Below, in pieces: positions 43,993-55,000 of a stretch of 64,000 nt of DNA (position 1 is the first letter of the stretch; each line of letters begins with the position of its first letter). The translations under genes and the position numbers were made by a program. The DNA is from an uncultured Gammaproteobacteria bacterium (lineage in GTDB: Bacteria; Pseudomonadota; Gammaproteobacteria; JAURND01): the NCBI GenBank assembly GCA_963714975.1, contig CAVQQD010000002.1, forward strand, positions 1,152,001 through 1,216,000, read 5' to 3'. The notes under the pieces are model-generated. The model searched no databases and was not told the origin of the DNA. It worked only from the letters and a program-made list of their open reading frames with translations.

Positions 43993-44310
43993 ATAAAATC
44001 AAATACTTACAGAAACGGTCAAACTGCAAGGTTTCCTTATGTAGAATATATGTAGAAGAATTGAGGTCTTCATTCTAATTTGAATCCCGATTCAAATTCA
44101 TTAAAGAACTGGTTTTGAGCAGGATTATTGGATGCCAATTGTCTAACAAGGAAAGAGTAGATGGAGTAGTTGTAGCTACTTTAACCTCCTCAGCTAACTC
44201 GTACTATGAATCAGACTCACCGACTGATTGGTTTGTGCCACCTGCAACCCCTCTCTCCTGCTTAATTTGATCCCTAAAATCTCATACATAGATTCGGTAC
44301 CGCCCATAGC

Positions 44311-44850
44311 CTTCAACGCTCATTGAAAGAGAGCCACTTATACTCACTAAAAGTGATCCACCATTGATTAAATATTTATTTCCACTTAATGCCGATAAAA
44401 AAACAATTGACACAACGATAGTTACTAATTATTCTCATATGGTATAGTAACAAGGTTAGGTCTTATGGCGCGCGCCATAATTCTTGTAACACCATGATTT
44501 TAATGGGCCATTTGATTTTATTATTAATATACTAATAAAAGAAAATCTCTTACCCCATAATCACAAATTAAAACTCTTCTGCCACTCTACCTATGGACTT
44601 CGTGAATAATGGGGATAACTAAAAAGCCAGTTATCCCCATTATTCACAAGGGCCCACAGGTCAAAACAATAATTTTTTAATTTAAATATTCGTTATTGTT
44701 TATATGAAACTTTTACCCAAGCCATCCCCAGGGCGTCTGTCTAAGTAACCAATAAACTGATTTTGGTAGCCTCAACAACCTAAAGTAAGTGCGCACATAG
44801 TGGATCACTTTTAGTGAGTATAAGTGGCTCAGTTTTGGTAAGCGCCGAAG
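44311..44850. mobile_element. 540-bp non-autonomous IS21-like element (MITE)
   Basis: About 51-bp imperfect terminal IRs with a perfect 31-bp core GAGCCACTTATACTCACTAAAAGTGATCCAC; 7-bp TSD CCATAGC; no ORF. Confidence 0.85.
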
Positions 44851-45379
44851 CCATAGCTGGTATAGCAGTCCCCTTCCAAGCGCACAGAAACCTTGAGGAA
44901 TTTGCGTGGTTGTATTGCGCCAATACATCAAAATTGTTCCAACCATCCCCTACCAGGCCCGAACTCCTCAACGCTAAAAATTTTTGACTGACTGCGACAC
45001 GAAGTCGCACAGTAGGGTTGTCCCACCAATCCATAAGGACATCGGGACGGGACCATTCGTACCACCCAATGAAGCCTAGGAGCTTGAATCAAAGAGCAGC
45101 CGGGATTCAAAGTCGGGAGACACGAATCCTCCTGGTAGTCGCAATACTGGGTAAGTGCTAGGCATGTTAGATGGGGTGAACATATGTGAATCCGCAATAA
45201 AGATCGTGATTTTAAACAAGCGAAAGCGACACCGCTATATTCCTATTCAAGTATTGTATTCGCTCCATCCAGACTATGATGGGCCAAATATTATGGGATG
45301 CTTATGCAGACTTTTACCTGACCATGATCTATTGGATAAAAACAATTTTGTCAAATTTATTTTGTGAGTAATATTGTCA

Positions 45380-45841
45380 TTATGGAATACCCAATATAGC
45401 TTTCACTTGGCCTCTAGTCATTCCATATTTTTTGGCTGTATATTCTAAATTTTCAGGAGTAACATAAAAATATTTAGATTTTGCAGAATCGCCACCTGAA
45501 ATAATGTACTCTCCTGCCTGTGTTTCTCGCGCACCCAATTTAGATTTGACTTGATCTAAAGTCAAGCCATACTTCTTAGCGGTATACTCTAAATCTTCTT
45601 GAGTAAATTTTAAATCTTTTCTGCCAAGAGTATTAGGCTCTTTAGGCTCATCACGAAGCCCTAAAGGATCATTAGAATTAGCTGTACCAATAAATTGAAT
45701 TTTTGGTTTTTGTTTTTCATGATCAAAAAGGCATAATTGAACACATTTATCTTTACAGGCTTGTAACCATAAACTGATTATTATGACTAAAATCATTCGA
45801 CATATTGCTTCTTCTTTATTGTTTCGAAAAAATTTAATCAT
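45380..45841 (-). CDS. Putative lipoprotein with two T.E.LEYTAKKYG.T..QVK..LG repeats
   Basis: Hydrophobic leader ending in LQAC; internal repeat; likely start overlaps the upstream stop. Confidence 0.6.
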   Translation of the reverse strand: MIKFFRNNKEEAICRMILVIIISLWLQACKDKCVQLCLFDHEKQKPKIQFIGTANSNDPLGLRDEPKEPNTLGRKDLKFTQEDLEYTAKKYGLTLDQVKSKLGARETQAGEYIISGGDSAKSKYFYVTPENLEYTAKKYGMTRGQVKAILGIP

Positions 45842-46253
45842 CATTTTCGTCTTTGCCATCATCTGTATTCGATGAATTAACCATTTGAATAATATAATTT
45901 TTATAACTCTTCTCGTCTCCGGAGGGCTTGCCCAAGGGTTCATGTTCACCACATGGATCTTCATATATAAAGAAATACTTGTGATCTTTTTTGTTGATAT
46001 ATTTACCAGAAGCTTCAAAAAATTTCTTTTGACGCAATTTTATAATTCGCAATTGCCTAATGATCACATTGCCGATTTCGTACAGATTGTTTGCAATCTT
46101 CATTAACAAACAAACAGTTAAAATAGCAAAAATAAGAAAATCCCACTTTGGGAAATAAAGATGACAGATTACAAAAGCTACGACAACAATAATAACTTTA
46201 ATTGAATGGTACTCCCCATTGTCAGACACCTCATGGCGCTGACGCGCCGCCAC
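45834..46253 (-). CDS. Hypothetical two-TM membrane protein
   Basis: 139-aa ORF with two hydrophobic segments; start uncertain. Confidence 0.5.
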   Translation of the reverse strand: MAARQRHEVSDNGEYHSIKVIIVVVAFVICHLYFPKWDFLIFAILTVCLLMKIANNLYEIGNVIIRQLRIIKLRQKKFFEASGKYINKKDHKYFFIYEDPCGEHEPLGKPSGDEKSYKNYIIQMVNSSNTDDGKDENDD

Positions 46254-46534
46254 ATCCTAAAAATAACCTGCTCCCAAATAGACGGAAAGCGTATTTGGAA
46301 GACAGAAAAATAATTTTTTACACTCTATTTTTTAATATTTAGCCACAGCACAGGCGGGAGAGCCGATGACTGTGACGTGATTTAGGGCGGCATTGTCCGC
46401 TCTAAAAGCTTTACCATGAATAAATCACGTCAGTAAATATCCTGCGGTTAGGACAAATCCCCATATAAATAAATGTCCTTAGGGGTGCAACACTAACCTA
46501 TGCACCGGGCCTATTCAGCGATTCAGTAAACTTA

Positions 46535-46760
46535 AAAATATCAGCTGCTCCATACCACCAAGCGGCCTCCAGAACTTCCATACAAAACACCGCAGCCAAT
46601 GTCGTACTCAATCTCCACTCAGCACATAGCGACTAACCAGTCAATGACAGCAGCCACCAGGTAAACAAACCCTTTGTGTAGGCGGATATGTGACATCCCT
46701 GCACCATACCTGGTTGCAGCGAACAATCAGTACATTCCTCAATAAATAAGCATCTACAGG
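46535..46760 (-). pseudogene. IS3-family transposase (integrase core) remnant
   Basis: Manual translation with frameshifts: YLLRNV.I...NQVW..DVT...KGFVYLV.VIDW..RYVL.W.LS.TL...FC.E.LE.A. Confidence 0.7.
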
Positions 46761-47302
46761 ATACTCAAGGGTATCTCTTTTGATCACCTAATCTTTATAT
46801 ATGGTATCACTAACCAATAGAATTATTACATAAAATAATTGTTTTTTATTGCAAGCTTAGTTAACCAGAACTACTCCATACTTTCAGAAGAATTGATTGA
46901 TTAACAAGCACGGAGTTGTCTAGTAACTAGCTGATTTTAAAAATTTTTATTAGACGGATATTTCACTGCAAAGGCCTGACAAAACTCATTAGAGCAGCGT
47001 TGAATCACGCAAAATTCAAGCAAGAATAATACTGTCCTTACTTGATGAGTCTAGATTCAAAATAGTAACCCAAACTTCAAGCTTCTACAGGAGAGGTAGT
47101 AAAGCGGGCGTAAGCGTTCACGCTAAACCCCTGTAACCATACTCGCAATCAGGCTCGAGGCACTAATGCTCTACCGGCTTTTACATCACAAACATACCGG
47201 CTTATATTTTACCTATCTCCAGCGTCTTTTCTAATATTCCCTCACGCTTTTTGTGAGGTGGGTTGCTCGCAATGACGTCAGACGGAGAAGAGAACTTTGA
47301 GC

Positions 47303-47818
47303 TTAAGTTCTTCTTTGTATATGTCTTGGTCCTACTTGGACTTGATTATCAGTTATTGGTTTATCTTCAACAGTTGTTTTTCCTGCTTTATAAAAACCAT
47401 ACGCTGCACCCAGCAGTGCTCCAACTAAAATGCAGCCGGCCAGAGTAAGGAGAATCTCTGGGAAATGATCTGGCCCGACATTTTTAGATAAGAACAGAAT
47501 AGGGATACTTGCAAACATTCCCGCAAATCCCCCAAAAAGAGTAGAACCATTAAAATTATTTACTGCTTGTTTACATTTTTCTTTGGAAAGATCATTTTCT
47601 AACTGGTCATTCAATAATTTTCCTGCCGCAGCGGCGGCTAATAGACCTATTAAGACAGCTCCAAAAGATATAGTTCCTACAAAAACCATCTTATCAAAGT
47701 AAGCTAATTGACGTGCAGCTATGATAGCCAAAGCAGATGTTCCAAATATTGCTAGGCCAACCATATATCCCTTCTCTACATGAGAGAAAAAAATATCAAA
47801 TTTATCCTGGCTGCTCAT
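47303..47818 (-). CDS. Hypothetical four-TM membrane protein
   Basis: 171-aa ORF, four hydrophobic segments, GAGGAG RBS. Confidence 0.7.
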   Translation of the reverse strand: MSSQDKFDIFFSHVEKGYMVGLAIFGTSALAIIAARQLAYFDKMVFVGTISFGAVLIGLLAAAAAGKLLNDQLENDLSKEKCKQAVNNFNGSTLFGGFAGMFASIPILFLSKNVGPDHFPEILLTLAGCILVGALLGAAYGFYKAGKTTVEDKPITDNQVQVGPRHIQRRT

Positions 47819-47862
47819 TGTAATTACTCCTCTAAGTTTAAAGAATTATCTTTTATCCATTG

Positions 47863-48023
47863 TGCCGTAAAACCTCGTCATTTATGACGAGATACACTAT
47901 AATGAACCCATGAAAAAAATACAAACATTTCGGTTTCGAATGGAACCGAATGGTGAACAAAAACGCCTGATGCAACGTATCCCACCAACAATCCCACCTA
48001 GCGACACATATGCGAATAAGTAA
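47863..48023 (+). pseudogene. IS200/IS605 end hairpin plus first codons of tnpB
   Basis: Hairpin ctcgtca-ttta-tgacgag followed by MKKIQTFRFRMEPNGEQKRLMQR, like the TnpB N-terminal HTH; similarity then stops. Confidence 0.6.
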
Positions 48024-48335
48024 TTGACATATTTTCATTAAAAATATAGTATTGTCACTATGTTTTATTAATTTTCATAACATTAAAGCATAAGAAAAAC
48101 CATATACTGATGATAAGCATAGTCAGCTGTAACTGCTAGGCATCCTCTTGACTTTATACTATGAGTGGACATTCAAATATCTGTAAGATCAGCATTTACC
48201 ACAGAAATAGATTGTGATTCATCAGATACTATTCTCAGCATGGTTAACCTTGTACCTTTCCGAAGCAAGGTGACATACAGTGATCTAATAGAGTAATTTT
48301 TAGGCATCAGGTTTATATTTTTAGCGAGGTGTTTT

Positions 48336-49055
48336 ATGGAAGAAGAAAAAACCCCCTTACCCCAGAGATTTTTTGGTGAGCATACTCGCCTCGAAAATCA
48401 TAATAATAGTCCTTCAGATGGCACTGGTTTTCAATCAAGCTCTAAGTGTAAATCAAAAATAGGTTTATTCGTCAGTTTTTTAGCATTATCCGCAAGTTTG
48501 GAGATATTGTTAACATCTTCTCTTGGTAAAAACGCATTTCCTGGTGGCGATAGTGTAGTTGTAGTTAATGAGTTCTTGACTAATACTTTAAATAGCAGTT
48601 ATAAGCATTTTACCAATGGAACCGTTATCGGGATGATAGGATTCCTGCTATCGTTGGTAGTTCTGGCATATTTTTTGAGGAGAATATATCCAAAAAATAC
48701 GGAAAAAGTGGACCCTATACAAGCCTGCCGTCCTAAAAATGCTTTTAGTCTATCAAGGCCAGCTTTAAAAACTGTACAAGAACTTTATCGTTGCGAAGGT
48801 ATTAATCCCGATTATTGGACATATGCAGGCGTTCCAGAGGATAGTGGTGGTAGATTATATTTAGGCATACCATTTGAGCAATATAAAAATATTTCATGGG
48901 AAGAAGCATTAGAAAAAGAACTTCAAATTCACGCTCCTCAATATAAGGGCTTTCACGATTATATGATCGTTCCAGTAAAATACTGCAAAAACTTATCGCT
49001 ATTTAATGCAAATAATTCCAATGGAGCAGATCATGATAATGAGCGAAGAATCTAA
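48336..49055 (+). CDS. Two-TM partner protein, module copy 1
   Basis: Paralogous to 50025-50741 and 55886-56611 (CK..IGL..SFL.LSAS.E.LL.SSL, Y.HF, Y.GIP...Y, VP..KC.NL). Confidence 0.8.
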   Translation: MEEEKTPLPQRFFGEHTRLENHNNSPSDGTGFQSSSKCKSKIGLFVSFLALSASLEILLTSSLGKNAFPGGDSVVVVNEFLTNTLNSSYKHFTNGTVIGMIGFLLSLVVLAYFLRRIYPKNTEKVDPIQACRPKNAFSLSRPALKTVQELYRCEGINPDYWTYAGVPEDSGGRLYLGIPFEQYKNISWEEALEKELQIHAPQYKGFHDYMIVPVKYCKNLSLFNANNSNGADHDNERRI

Positions 49056-49661
49056 AGATACTCTTCCCACTCTGGTTGCGCGATCTACAGATAGTTTTAT
49101 ATTAAAACCAGATCTGGATCGGCCTGGTAAGACACTTACAACTACGGATGGATCTTCTCCCAGCAATCAATATTTCGAGGAATCAACTGGACAGTTGTGG
49201 GTTGGTAAGTGCAGTAAACAATCTATCTCAAAACCTTATGAGAGAGAACGCGTAATTGATAAATACTATTACGAATATAGAGAATGGCTAGGCTCAGCTT
49301 TATATCATGTTTTAGGGATAGAAACTCCTTTCCTTGTATTAAGTTTACAAATGCCAAAAAAGGAAGATGACTTAGTTGCAGATATTTTGGAATTCAACCA
49401 GCCCTGCATGCATGTTATGTCACAGTTTTTCCCTGGATTTAGCCCATATGGAGAAACTTTCGTAACAAAATATTTGAAAACTGTAGGACAACAAAAAGAA
49501 ATTATGATTATGATTGTTTTGGCAGAAGTGGAGGTAATATGGGTTATGTGATTGTAAGTGATGAGTTTGGGAAAAGGTATGCAAAATCTGTCAAAATTGA
49601 TCCAGCTTTTGCTTTTACTTTTTTAGACAATCATCAAGATAAGGATTACCAACATGATCCA
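49039..49661 (+). pseudogene. Kinase-like effector, module copy 1 (internal deletion, truncated)
   Basis: LWVGKC, EYREWLG, HVMS; in a second frame YDYDCFGRSGGNMGYV...VKIDPAF. Confidence 0.75.
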
Positions 49662-50024
49662 CTTGATTCTTTTAAAGATTTTTTTAATAATGCCATGATA
49701 ACTTAAATTGGATCATTAATGATCGTAGGAGCTTTAACTTGGATTTGTGTTGCTAAAAATACCCCACATATTCCTGAGGCAATGCTGCAAAATGCTCCTG
49801 CCTAAACAATAGGTTGTAGAACATTGTTATAAATTAATATATTGTATTTGGATAGAAGGGAGCTTTGTATAGCTTAAGATTAATTGCAAAAATTTTCCTA
49901 CTGTTTTTTATAAAAAATTGAGAATTCGTTTTTTTCCTTGCCAAGCAATTGGTGAGGCTTCTAACTTCTTTAAAGCGAAGTTGACATACAGTGTCCTGAA
50001 GAGTAATTTTTAGCGAGGTGTTTT
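49662..50024. repeat. Repeated upstream block of the module (copy at about 55521-55885): 3' gene remnant plus TTGACA-N17-TAATTT promoter
   Basis: Direct alignment of the two segments; promoter at 49981-50009 and 55842-55870, degenerate copy at 48270-48299. Confidence 0.8.
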
Positions 50025-50741
50025 ATGGAAGAAGAAAAAACCCCCTTACGCCAGGGATTCTTTGGTGAACATACTCGCCTCGAAAATCATAATAATCCTT
50101 CAAAAGGTGCTAGCTTTCAATCAAGCTCTAAATGTAAATCAAAAATAGGTTTATTCCTCAGCTTTTTAGCATTATCCGCAAGTTTGGAGATATTGTTGAC
50201 ATCTTCCCTTGATAAAAACGCACTTCCTGGCGGCGATAGTGTAGTTGTAGTCAATGAGTTCTTGACTAATACTTTAAATAGCAATTATAAGCATTTTACC
50301 TATGGAACTGTGGTGGGAGTTGCGGGATTTGCACTGTCGTTGATAGCGCTGGTTTGTTTCCTAAAAATATTAAGCAAAAAATTAGATAAACAAGCCTATC
50401 GTCCTCACGGCATTCGTTTTTTTGAATCCGGTATAGATGTAGTCAAAGCACAAGGAGGCTTTAAAACACACGAGTACTTTGAACTGTGTGGTATAAATCC
50501 CAAAACACAGACATTGGCGATAATAGTGCAAACAAATTCCGATAAAATGTATGTGGGTATACCCCATGATCAATATGAAAAAAATAATTGGTGTGGCTAT
50601 ATCTTACAAGAAGAAATCGACAAATTAATAAACAAGGGACTTTTACCTGAAAAATGTTACTACGACCATTTTATTATTGTCCCTGTTGAAAAATGCTTCA
50701 ATTTAAACAAAGATCCTTCATCCACTCCTATAGTTTCATAA
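50025..50741 (+). CDS. Two-TM partner protein, module copy 2
   Basis: N-terminal half nearly identical to copy 1; C-terminal half divergent. Confidence 0.8.
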   Translation: MEEEKTPLRQGFFGEHTRLENHNNPSKGASFQSSSKCKSKIGLFLSFLALSASLEILLTSSLDKNALPGGDSVVVVNEFLTNTLNSNYKHFTYGTVVGVAGFALSLIALVCFLKILSKKLDKQAYRPHGIRFFESGIDVVKAQGGFKTHEYFELCGINPKTQTLAIIVQTNSDKMYVGIPHDQYEKNNWCGYILQEEIDKLINKGLLPEKCYYDHFIIVPVEKCFNLNKDPSSTPIVS

Positions 50742-50811
50742 TGTTTTTTAAGGTGGAGCAATCAATGAGTCAACAACAAGTTATACCCCCTGTCCTTCCT
50801 TGTATCTTAAT

Positions 50812-51005
50812 TCCAATCACTCAATGTGGTTAAATATCCAAGGGCACTTGGATAGGGGTAAATATGCCGGTGACTTCCTAAGGCATTAAGCCTGTAGAGG
50901 AGATTTTAGCAATTTACTCCGTACTTTATTCATACAGACCGGACGGTATCTTAGGACTTGAGGTAAATATCAATGATCCTGTATTCACAAGGTTGGTCCG
51001 AATAA
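50812..51005 (+). ncRNA. IS110 bridge RNA (ends approximate)
   Basis: 5' hairpin. Target loop has guides GACTTCCT (50872-79) and GTAGAGGAG (50894-902). Donor loop has ACGGTATCT (50943-51) and ACAAG (50987-91). Confidence 0.85.
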
Positions 51006-51042
51006 AGCTATCCAAGCTATTCGCAACATGTAGGATACTACT

Positions 51043-52008
51043 ATGAAGAAAGCATTTCTAGGCATTGATATCAGTAAAAATACATTTGATGTAGCTGTGC
51101 TAATGGAAGATAAGATAAAAACTCAAAAATTTAACAATAACGAGCAAGGCTTTAATAAATTACTTGTATGGATAAACCAGAAGGAAATCGTGTTGTCTCA
51201 AGCTTGTATGGAAGCAACCAGTATTTACGGGCAGGCATTAGCCGAATTTCTTTATGCTCAAGAAATCCCTATAAGCGTTGTTAATCCTGCGAGAATTAAA
51301 GGATTTTCTCAAAGTGAATTAGCCCGCTCTAAAAATGATATTCTTGATGCAAAATTAATTGCAAGATTTTGTAAGTTGATAGGCCCAGAATTATGGCAAC
51401 CAACTCCTGAACCGATTAAAATATTACAGCAATGGGTTAGGAGATTGGATGATTTAATCGCTATGCACAGGCAAGAAGCAAACCGATTAGAAGTCTCTGA
51501 TGATTGTTTAAAGGAGCACATACAAGAGAACATTAGCCACTTAGAAAACAATATTAAGGAAGTTAAAAATGTCATTAAAAATCACATAAATAGCGATCCT
51601 GACATGAAGAAAAAAAGCAAGCTATTGCAATCTATTCCTGGTATTGGAGAAGCAACTACAGCGCAGATATTGGCTTTTATTGGGAATGTGAGTAAATTCA
51701 ATAATGCGAAAGAATTGGCGGCATTCGTTGGTCTTAATCCCAAGCAACGACAATCAGGAACCTCTATCAATGGTAGAGCTAGACTCTCTAAAACAGGTGA
51801 TTCGGCTCTAAGAAAAGCATTTTATATGCCCGCTGTTGTCGCCATGAGACATAACCCAATACTCAGAAATTTTTCTATGCGACTAGAAAAAACCGGCAAA
51901 CACAAAATGGTTATTATTGGCGCAGTAATGAGAAAGCTTGTTCATATGATTTACGGGATACTAAAATCTGAAACCGTGTTTGATCAAAATATATTAAAAT
52001 TAGCTTGA
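51043..52008 (+). CDS. IS110 DEDD recombinase/transposase
   Basis: GIDISK, MEAT, VVNP, KND..DA, SIPGIG, GL.P...QSG.S. Confidence 0.95.
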   Translation: MKKAFLGIDISKNTFDVAVLMEDKIKTQKFNNNEQGFNKLLVWINQKEIVLSQACMEATSIYGQALAEFLYAQEIPISVVNPARIKGFSQSELARSKNDILDAKLIARFCKLIGPELWQPTPEPIKILQQWVRRLDDLIAMHRQEANRLEVSDDCLKEHIQENISHLENNIKEVKNVIKNHINSDPDMKKKSKLLQSIPGIGEATTAQILAFIGNVSKFNNAKELAAFVGLNPKQRQSGTSINGRARLSKTGDSALRKAFYMPAVVAMRHNPILRNFSMRLEKTGKHKMVIIGAVMRKLVHMIYGILKSETVFDQNILKLA

Positions 52009-55000
52009 CAGATGAGACGGTATCTCCTCTACGCCCAACAAAGGATTTTAAGCTTCTACCTGAGCGAAAACGGCCCAACTCTAGTTCGTCTTCAATTCAA
52101 TTTTTTGAAGAGTTAACCACAGGCTTATTATGGATTGGAAAGTGTAGCGAAAGTGCTATAAATCCAAATATTGGCTCGTCTTTTGCACGTTACTATGAAG
52201 AATATAGAGAATGGTTAGGTCTTACGTTTTATCAATTATTAAATATTCCAACATCATTACATATTGCCTTAAGCGACCAACCGTTAAATGAGCAAAATGT
52301 TAATTGCCTTCACCTAATGTCAGAATATATCCTCAACTTTCAAGAATTAGGGGAAGATTTTATAGAAGATTATTGTATCGCAGCCAAGAGCCAGCCATCG
52401 TACCATGTTTCTTTGTCAGATAATGTTGCTGCTTTGCGTGGATTTGGTGCTGCAATGGCAGCTGCTTGTTTCTTATATGATTTAGATTGTATTGGAAGAC
52501 GAGGATGTAACATAGGGTATGTCCCCGTGAAGGAAGAAGATGGGCAGTACTATGCCAAACTGGTGAAGATCGATGCAGGGTATGCATTTAGCTTTTTGGA
52601 AAGTCATAAAAATAAGATTTATGATCACAATCCTCAAACCCGTGATTTTTTTTATTCAAATCATCGTGCTCATATAACTTGTGATTTTATTATACTGCCA
52701 TCTGTTTCTATAAATGAAGTTGAGGTTTGGAAATTACCCGGTAAATCGATAACAGCCTATGTTAGCACAGGAAGCAAACTTTTTTTCTTTGACAAAATTA
52801 ATGAATTATGTACTGAAATTCCCATTTCCGACGATCAACTAAAAGATTTAATGCTAAATTTAGTTAAAATAGAGCCACATAAAGTTCCTTTAGAAATAAA
52901 AGAAAGTTCTGGTACCCTGATTAAAGAATTATCCCTTTATCAAGCAAAATTTATTACCTCGGTCACTGGTCATTTTATAAAAAAACAATATAATATACTC
53001 CGATACGATGAATTAACTGAATCCGATAAAGAAGAATTTGCACAAACAGCGCGTCACATCTTACAAATTCCTGCATCCACTTTTAAAGCATTAATTGACC
53101 AAGCGGTCGTGCCTGATGGCTTTACGCGTGCGCAAGGGGATCGACTCTATAATGATTTGTTAATTCGCAGGTCAAAATTTATTGCGGCTTATCCTGAAAT
53201 CGGCGTAACGTTACAGCAGGAAATATACGAAGCACGCCAAACACTTAAAATGCTTTTATCCACGTTAGTTTCGCCTTCTTCTCCCTCCAAATCACCAATA
53301 CAAAATTCGGAACCTTTAATGATGACAAACAACGAAAAGTGGAAACCTCAGATTCATCAATTCGTGTTGTAGAGAATTTCAGCAGTGACTTATCATTTTT
53401 AACTTTAACTTCATCCAGCATTGCTTCTTTTTCGCCTAATATGAGCAGTCCATTCATCCGCTTGTCAAATCCTAGCTTAAGTCCAAACAGTACTCGGTTT
53501 CCCCTGAATGATCCATTGACCAATACCACCTCTGGGCTATTATCTCTGGTGGATTCTCCTACCGTGTTTAGAATTATGGCAGATCAAAAATTGAGTCAGC
53601 ACGCAATTGATGGCAATAATAATTGCTTATTTAATGCCTTTGCTTTGGGATTAATGGGTTTAATCGCGCAGGGGTCACTTTCTAGCAAGGAAATATTTAC
53701 GAAGCTTGCCACCGAAAAAATCAAAGAGGAAAAAGCCAAGCTGAGTAAAGAACAATGGGGTGAGTGCTTGGGAAAAATGCAGGATTATTTGCAAACCAAA
53801 AACCCTCAAGCTTCTTTAGCAGTGCAACATAGCCTGGCGCCTTGGCTCAGACAAATAGCTGTGGCCAAATTAGCGGATGAGGATTTGGGGATTCGTGACT
53901 CCTTTACGGATGAATTATGTGCCCATATTTTAGATGGTACGCCCTCTGACTTGTTGCGGGATAAGTCCGATTTTGTACAAAGTTTTGAGTCTATTAAACA
54001 GGCATTACTGCTAAAAAAACCTCAGGAGGCGAAGTCACTCACTGCCATAAAAAAGTTTGAAACCGAAGTTCGAGAAAGAATCCGTACCTGGTTTGACGAG
54101 GGTATTGGTTTTAAGTTATATCGAGATCATATGGCCAAGGAAGAGGTCTGGAGTGGGGGTCCTGAGGCGAGGGTCTTAGCTGAGTTCTTGGGGATAACCC
54201 TGATTCTCGCCCATGGCCACAATCCGATGCGATTGGATATCGGTCATGAATGTGATTTTGGACAAATTTCTACCGATAATTTTACCGAGGCAGAATACCG
54301 TCAACTGAGAAGTAAAGAACTCATTCTCGGAAAAGCCTGGGATCCCTCCCACCCCGTGTTGAAGTTAGCTTATGTAAGTGAAAGTTATTTAAATCAAAAG
54401 CTAGCAGAATTGCCTGCAGAGTTAAGTAAAAAATTTTCCGATGCCAGAAAAATGCATTATCGGCCCCCAGCTCAGTCAATGCTCATCCATAATCCTTACA
54501 GTATTCATTGGATTACCAGGAGTACCTGGGAAGGAAGTTTTAATGTTTTAGACAACTTTAATACACCGGATTCCAAAACTACTCTCAGCCGCTTTTCTTC
54601 AATCGAAACTACTCAAGGCACACCACTCGCCAATTATTCAGGGAGCGAATCTACCTCACCTGCACTCGATGAACGTAAACTAAACACCCCTATGGATCCT
54701 GCTTCTCCTGGCTTTGTTGAGATGGAGGAGGATGAGCCTACCAAAATCGAATGTAACCAAAATCTTATGGATGGATTCCAGTCGACTACCGACCCTTTAG
54801 AAACCAGCCCTTTTACTAGCAATCTCCCAAGCCATGAAAATCTGAGTTTTACTGCTTCCTCTTCTCGTTCTTCCATCGAAAGTCTAGTACCACAAGTTTT
54901 ACTACTACGCTTTGGGATCTAAAAGAATCCGCTCGCTCCTCGGGTAGTCAAACCCTGAGCCCACTTCACCCAGACCAGAAAAAGCCAGCATTCCTGATAG

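Larger units (their letters stand above)
50801..52025 (+). mobile_element. IS110-family (IS621-like) element, 1225 bp, CT core
   Basis: CT at both junctions (50799-50800, 52024-52025); circle junction ACGGTAT-CT-TGTAT; no terminal IRs. Confidence 0.92.

Noticed and set aside
44858-45200. GC-richer stretch as a group II intron or structured RNA
   Set aside because: No GUGYG start, domain V or RT gene recognised; it reads better as a degraded minus-strand CDS.
52005-52025. TTG start of the 455-aa ORF
   Set aside because: It is the IS110 right end (TTGACA -35 box); the true start is ATG 50765.
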